A stretch of 36,114 nucleotides of DNA, taken from positions 1-36,114 of the IMG/VR virus record IMGVR_UViG_3300033406_000024, one strand, 5' to 3'. Under the pieces are notes generated by a model. It had not been told where the DNA came from, did no database searches, and worked only from the letters and a program-made list of their open reading frames with translations. Shown in pieces: positions 33,014-36,114 of the stretch. How positions within the stretch are numbered: the stretch's first letter is position 1; every line of letters begins with the position of its first letter. The stretch is from a virus (Duplodnaviria > Caudoviricetes). Position numbers and translations under genes: made by a program.

Positions 33014-35464
33014 ATGGGTGATATAGTCAAGGTAAATGTATATGACCCTAAAACAGCAGTTGCCGCAGTGGCTTCTTACGCAACAACTGCTACGACCGAA
33101 GCAGAAGCGGCTGCGGCAAGCGCTACCACGGCAACCGAACAAGCAGCAATTGCCACTACAAAAGCTACGGCAGCGGCGGCAAGCGCAACAGAGGCGGCGA
33201 CATATGCAACGGCAGCAGAGGCAAGCGCAACAAGCGCAGACTACAAGACCAATGCCTTGTTGCTGTCAGGTGGTTCTATGGCTGGTGCAATTAATGAATA
33301 CTCTGCTACGCTGCCCAGCGCATCCACTATGGCAATAGGGGCGGCAACAGGTAATCTAATTATAGTATCTGGAACCACCACTATTGCCGGATTTGATACG
33401 GTACAAGCTGGCACAAAAAGAAGGTTATATTTTCAGTCAGCATTAAGCATAACTTACGGTTCTAGCACTATTGTCACACCCGGCAGCCGTGATCTATACG
33501 TCGAAGCAGGAAGTGAAGTTGAAGCTATATCATTAGGCAGCGGACTATGGCAAATATACTATTTTCCATTGTCGAAAACAGTATACAATGTCAAAGAAGA
33601 TTTTGGTGCTAAGGGTGACGGTTCTACCGATGACACCACCGCGATACAATTAGCGTTTAATTCAGTCCCTACGGGCAACGTATTGTTGTTTTCACCAGGA
33701 ACGTATCTTCATACAGGGTTAACATTAGCGAAGAGAATTAATGTTGTTGGCAGTGGTAAACTTTCAACTACTATAAAAAACACAGGAACAGGTGATGCTA
33801 TAACTATTTCGTCGGGCATAGAGTATGGTACGTTTAGAGACATAGCCATTAGGGGAAATGGCACTACTAACTATGGCGCAGATGCTACAAGCGGAAACGG
33901 TATAGTTTTTAGTAATAATGCCGTTATGTGGGATTTTTGTAATGTTAGTGTCTGCTACCATGGGGGGTTTGGTTTTTATGCCTGCGGCAATGGCAACGTA
34001 AATAATATATATATTCACCATTCCCAGATAGAATATTGTTTAGGCGGCGGCGTTAGATTTATTCAAACTAACACATCAAACCAAATTAACGCAATCTATA
34101 TTGACAATTGTAATATCGCTGGTCACGGTGGTAATGGCGTAGAATTGTGGGGGCAATCAACATCTGTAAGTCATTGTACAATTCAAGGGAATAAAGGTTA
34201 TGGAGTTGTTTTTGATGCTGAGCTTGAACCAGGTAGTGATGGAACTAATAACCATCTTATAGCAGCATCTATAAAAGACAACTATTTCGAAAAATGTAAT
34301 AAGGGCTTTATTTATGCTAGGGCTTATTATATTACTTCTACTTATTATAGATATATTTTAGGACTATCGATTGAAGGTAATTATGGGACCTTTGCAAAAA
34401 TAACAGGAGATACCGTAACCGGTACAATATCATGTGTTGAAATCGCTGCACCGGGCTGGTATTCGTACTATAACTACCAAGTAGCTGGTATCGTTTATAG
34501 AGGAAATAGTTTTACTATATCGGACACAGCTACTTATATATTGAACTGTAATAACGTACTGAGCTGGGATAGTGTAGTTGAGATCAATGCCTTTTCTACC
34601 GCGATAGCTACAGGTAATTATTATGTTAATTTAGGGAGAGCAAAAACAAGTTTCACAAATCTCAATATTCCTGTAAGAAATACAGTTATTACTGGCCCGG
34701 TAGATTCAACCGGATTACCTGCAAACTTGTCAGCCGTTAGTAGTTCTCTTGCAATTAGTGAATTGTCAGGAAGCATGACAACGTGGGCCAATGGCTTTGA
34801 TGAACATGGACAAGTTGACTATATACAATTATTAACATCTGACGTAACTAGCGCATGGTCATCATTGACAGCAAGTTCAACCTTGTATTTATACAAAACT
34901 CACGGCTCAACCACTAATACAATAACATACGGTTTCACAACAATTAAGCCGATCTACCAAGATTATGCGCCTAGTTCGCCGTCTAACGGTCAATGGTACT
35001 TTAATACAAAAACCATGATCGGATATTTATATAGTTCTTCATCTTCGTCATGGACGGTAACGCCGCGAGTTTATGTCGGCGAGTGTGTAACCGGATCGTC
35101 TTCAGTAACTAGTGTCACCTGTTACGCCTACCAAGGAAAATATAAAAGTCCATCGTATACTACGCCTGTCGCGGCAACGGCGGTATCAGAGAGCCATAAC
35201 CTGGGGGTGATGCCGCGATTTGCTCAGGCTCGCTTGCAATGTATTACTGCTGATTTAGGACATACGGTAGGTGATGAAGTTGGCTCTTACTGTGCGTATG
35301 ATGGAACATATATGTTACCTATTGCACCAACAGTTAATCGCTTAACAATAGGAGTAACTACCGGCAGTTCAGGGTTGTATGGAGTCAATAAATCCACAGG
35401 GGCCGGAGTCGCTTTAACCCTCGCCGATTGGGGATATGTATTCGAAGTTGAGAGGGGATGGTAA
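33014..35464 (+). CDS. Tailspike / receptor-binding protein with pectate-lyase-like beta-helix
   Basis: Ala/Thr stalk; NVKEDFGAKGDGSTDDTTAIQ cap; Asn/Gly/Ile beta-helix repeats. Confidence 0.85.
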   Translation: MGDIVKVNVYDPKTAVAAVASYATTATTEAEAAAASATTATEQAAIATTKATAAAASATEAATYATAAEASATSADYKTNALLLSGGSMAGAINEYSATLPSASTMAIGAATGNLIIVSGTTTIAGFDTVQAGTKRRLYFQSALSITYGSSTIVTPGSRDLYVEAGSEVEAISLGSGLWQIYYFPLSKTVYNVKEDFGAKGDGSTDDTTAIQLAFNSVPTGNVLLFSPGTYLHTGLTLAKRINVVGSGKLSTTIKNTGTGDAITISSGIEYGTFRDIAIRGNGTTNYGADATSGNGIVFSNNAVMWDFCNVSVCYHGGFGFYACGNGNVNNIYIHHSQIEYCLGGGVRFIQTNTSNQINAIYIDNCNIAGHGGNGVELWGQSTSVSHCTIQGNKGYGVVFDAELEPGSDGTNNHLIAASIKDNYFEKCNKGFIYARAYYITSTYYRYILGLSIEGNYGTFAKITGDTVTGTISCVEIAAPGWYSYYNYQVAGIVYRGNSFTISDTATYILNCNNVLSWDSVVEINAFSTAIATGNYYVNLGRAKTSFTNLNIPVRNTVITGPVDSTGLPANLSAVSSSLAISELSGSMTTWANGFDEHGQVDYIQLLTSDVTSAWSSLTASSTLYLYKTHGSTTNTITYGFTTIKPIYQDYAPSSPSNGQWYFNTKTMIGYLYSSSSSSWTVTPRVYVGECVTGSSSVTSVTCYAYQGKYKSPSYTTPVAATAVSESHNLGVMPRFAQARLQCITADLGHTVGDEVGSYCAYDGTYMLPIAPTVNRLTIGVTTGSSGLYGVNKSTGAGVALTLADWGYVFEVERGW

Positions 35465-35465
35465 T

Positions 35466-35936
35466 ATGAGCATATCAATAACTAAAAGTTTCACAACAAC
35501 CACGGAAACGACAACCACGGTCACGGCTACGGCGGTAGATATACTAAGCATCTTGGAGGACGTTGGCACTTCAACAGTTCAAGTCGTATGCCATTTCACA
35601 CTATCGGATAGCACGACAATGGTTAAGACTTATTTAATTTCTAGCGATAACTACACCTCGTTAATGTCTGCCGCGCCATCATGGGCTAGTGGAAAGCCTG
35701 GGAATGATTACCGCAAAGCTGACCTGTGGTTTATCATTACCTACATGGACGCTGATTCCCCTGCACTATGGGTAGCATCAACAGCTTATGCTGTTGACGA
35801 TATTGTCTACTACGGCAAAAACGTCTATACCTGCACCACTGCCGGAACTTCTGGCACAACCGCACCAACAGTCACCAGTGGTACAGCCACAGACGGGACA
35901 GTGACTTGGACATGGAAAGAATCATTAGGTAGTTAA
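35466..35936 (+). CDS. Tail-associated protein with C-terminal CBM5/12-like module
   Basis: W.ASTAYAVDDIV....VYTC.TAGTSG..P...DGTVTW. Confidence 0.7.
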   Translation: MSISITKSFTTTTETTTTVTATAVDILSILEDVGTSTVQVVCHFTLSDSTTMVKTYLISSDNYTSLMSAAPSWASGKPGNDYRKADLWFIITYMDADSPALWVASTAYAVDDIVYYGKNVYTCTTAGTSGTTAPTVTSGTATDGTVTWTWKESLGS

Positions 35937-35956
35937 GGCCATAAGGCCTATTTTTT
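35936..35956 (+). terminator. Probable terminator
   Basis: AGGCC-ATAA-GGCCT then ATTTTTT. Confidence 0.6.
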
Positions 35957-35975
35957 ATGGGGAGGGGCAGACGAT

Positions 35976-36114
35976 GTGAACGAAATCAATGAAGCTGTTA
36001 AACAGTCTAGTATCCCTGTTACTGTGTCGACATTAACGTTTTTGAACATTCAATTAGCAGATTGGGTTTATATCCTTACTATGGTATATCTTGCCTTGCA
36101 GATTGTTTATTTAA
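35976..36114 (+). CDS. Holin, T7 gp17.5-like (truncated by window edge)
   Basis: GGGGAGGGG RBS; MNEINEAVKQSSIPVTVSTLTFLNIQLADWVYILTMVYLALQIVYL. Confidence 0.7.
   Translation, partial: MNEINEAVKQSSIPVTVSTLTFLNIQLADWVYILTMVYLALQIVYL

Larger units (their letters stand above)
1..36114. mobile_element. Temperate phage/prophage interior (lambda-like switch plus podovirus virion module); no att or integrase in window
   Basis: Continuous phage gene order from repressor to holin; all genes on + except the repressor. Confidence 0.97.

Noticed and set aside
33060-33240. Ala/Thr-rich repeats in the tailspike stalk
   Set aside because: Ordinary low-complexity fibre stalk
1654-35478. Minus-strand ORFs in the track (e.g. 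9688..10440, 14811..15233, 30063..30527) and off-frame plus ORFs (4254, 19199, 27185, 27419, 33036)
   Set aside because: They overlap well-supported + strand genes, have no recognisable motifs and look like shadow frames
33014-36114. BPP-1-style diversity-generating retroelement
   Set aside because: No reverse transcriptase or template/variable repeat pair in the window; one could lie outside it

Overview
The whole window is the interior of a temperate phage or prophage from a Bacillota host. The host call rests on strong GGAGG ribosome-binding sites, sigma-A promoters and an 'FDLQLFA' motif; a diderm Negativicutes host is an inference. From left to right: a lambda-like cI/cro switch with three readable operators; a Gp157/Sak4-type ATPase/SSB recombination module; a DnaD-domain initiator with a probable internal origin; a DnaB-like helicase; DUF559 and RusA-like nucleases; and an accessory cluster (MazG-like protein, full-length RtcB RNA ligase, a stand-alone NrdD glycyl-radical tail, many microproteins joined by repeated RBS/start cassettes). 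After that come a RinA/ArpU-position late activator and late promoter, a two-domain DUF2829 (Tad2-like) protein, HNH, terS/terL, and a BPP-1/epsilon15/T7-type podovirus virion module (portal, scaffold, capsid, cement, adaptor, nozzle, ejection proteins with a lytic transglycosylase, beta-helix tailspike), ending in a T7 gp17.5-like holin at the right edge. The most notable items are the autonomous NrdD glycyl-radical 'spare part', the Tad2-like fusion with RtcB and MazG as candidate counter-defence genes, a pair of dif-like Xer sites between terS and terL, gene-junction repeats, and an extra Met-Cys protein inserted in the ejection operon. Family calls come from motif recognition by eye, not from database searches.
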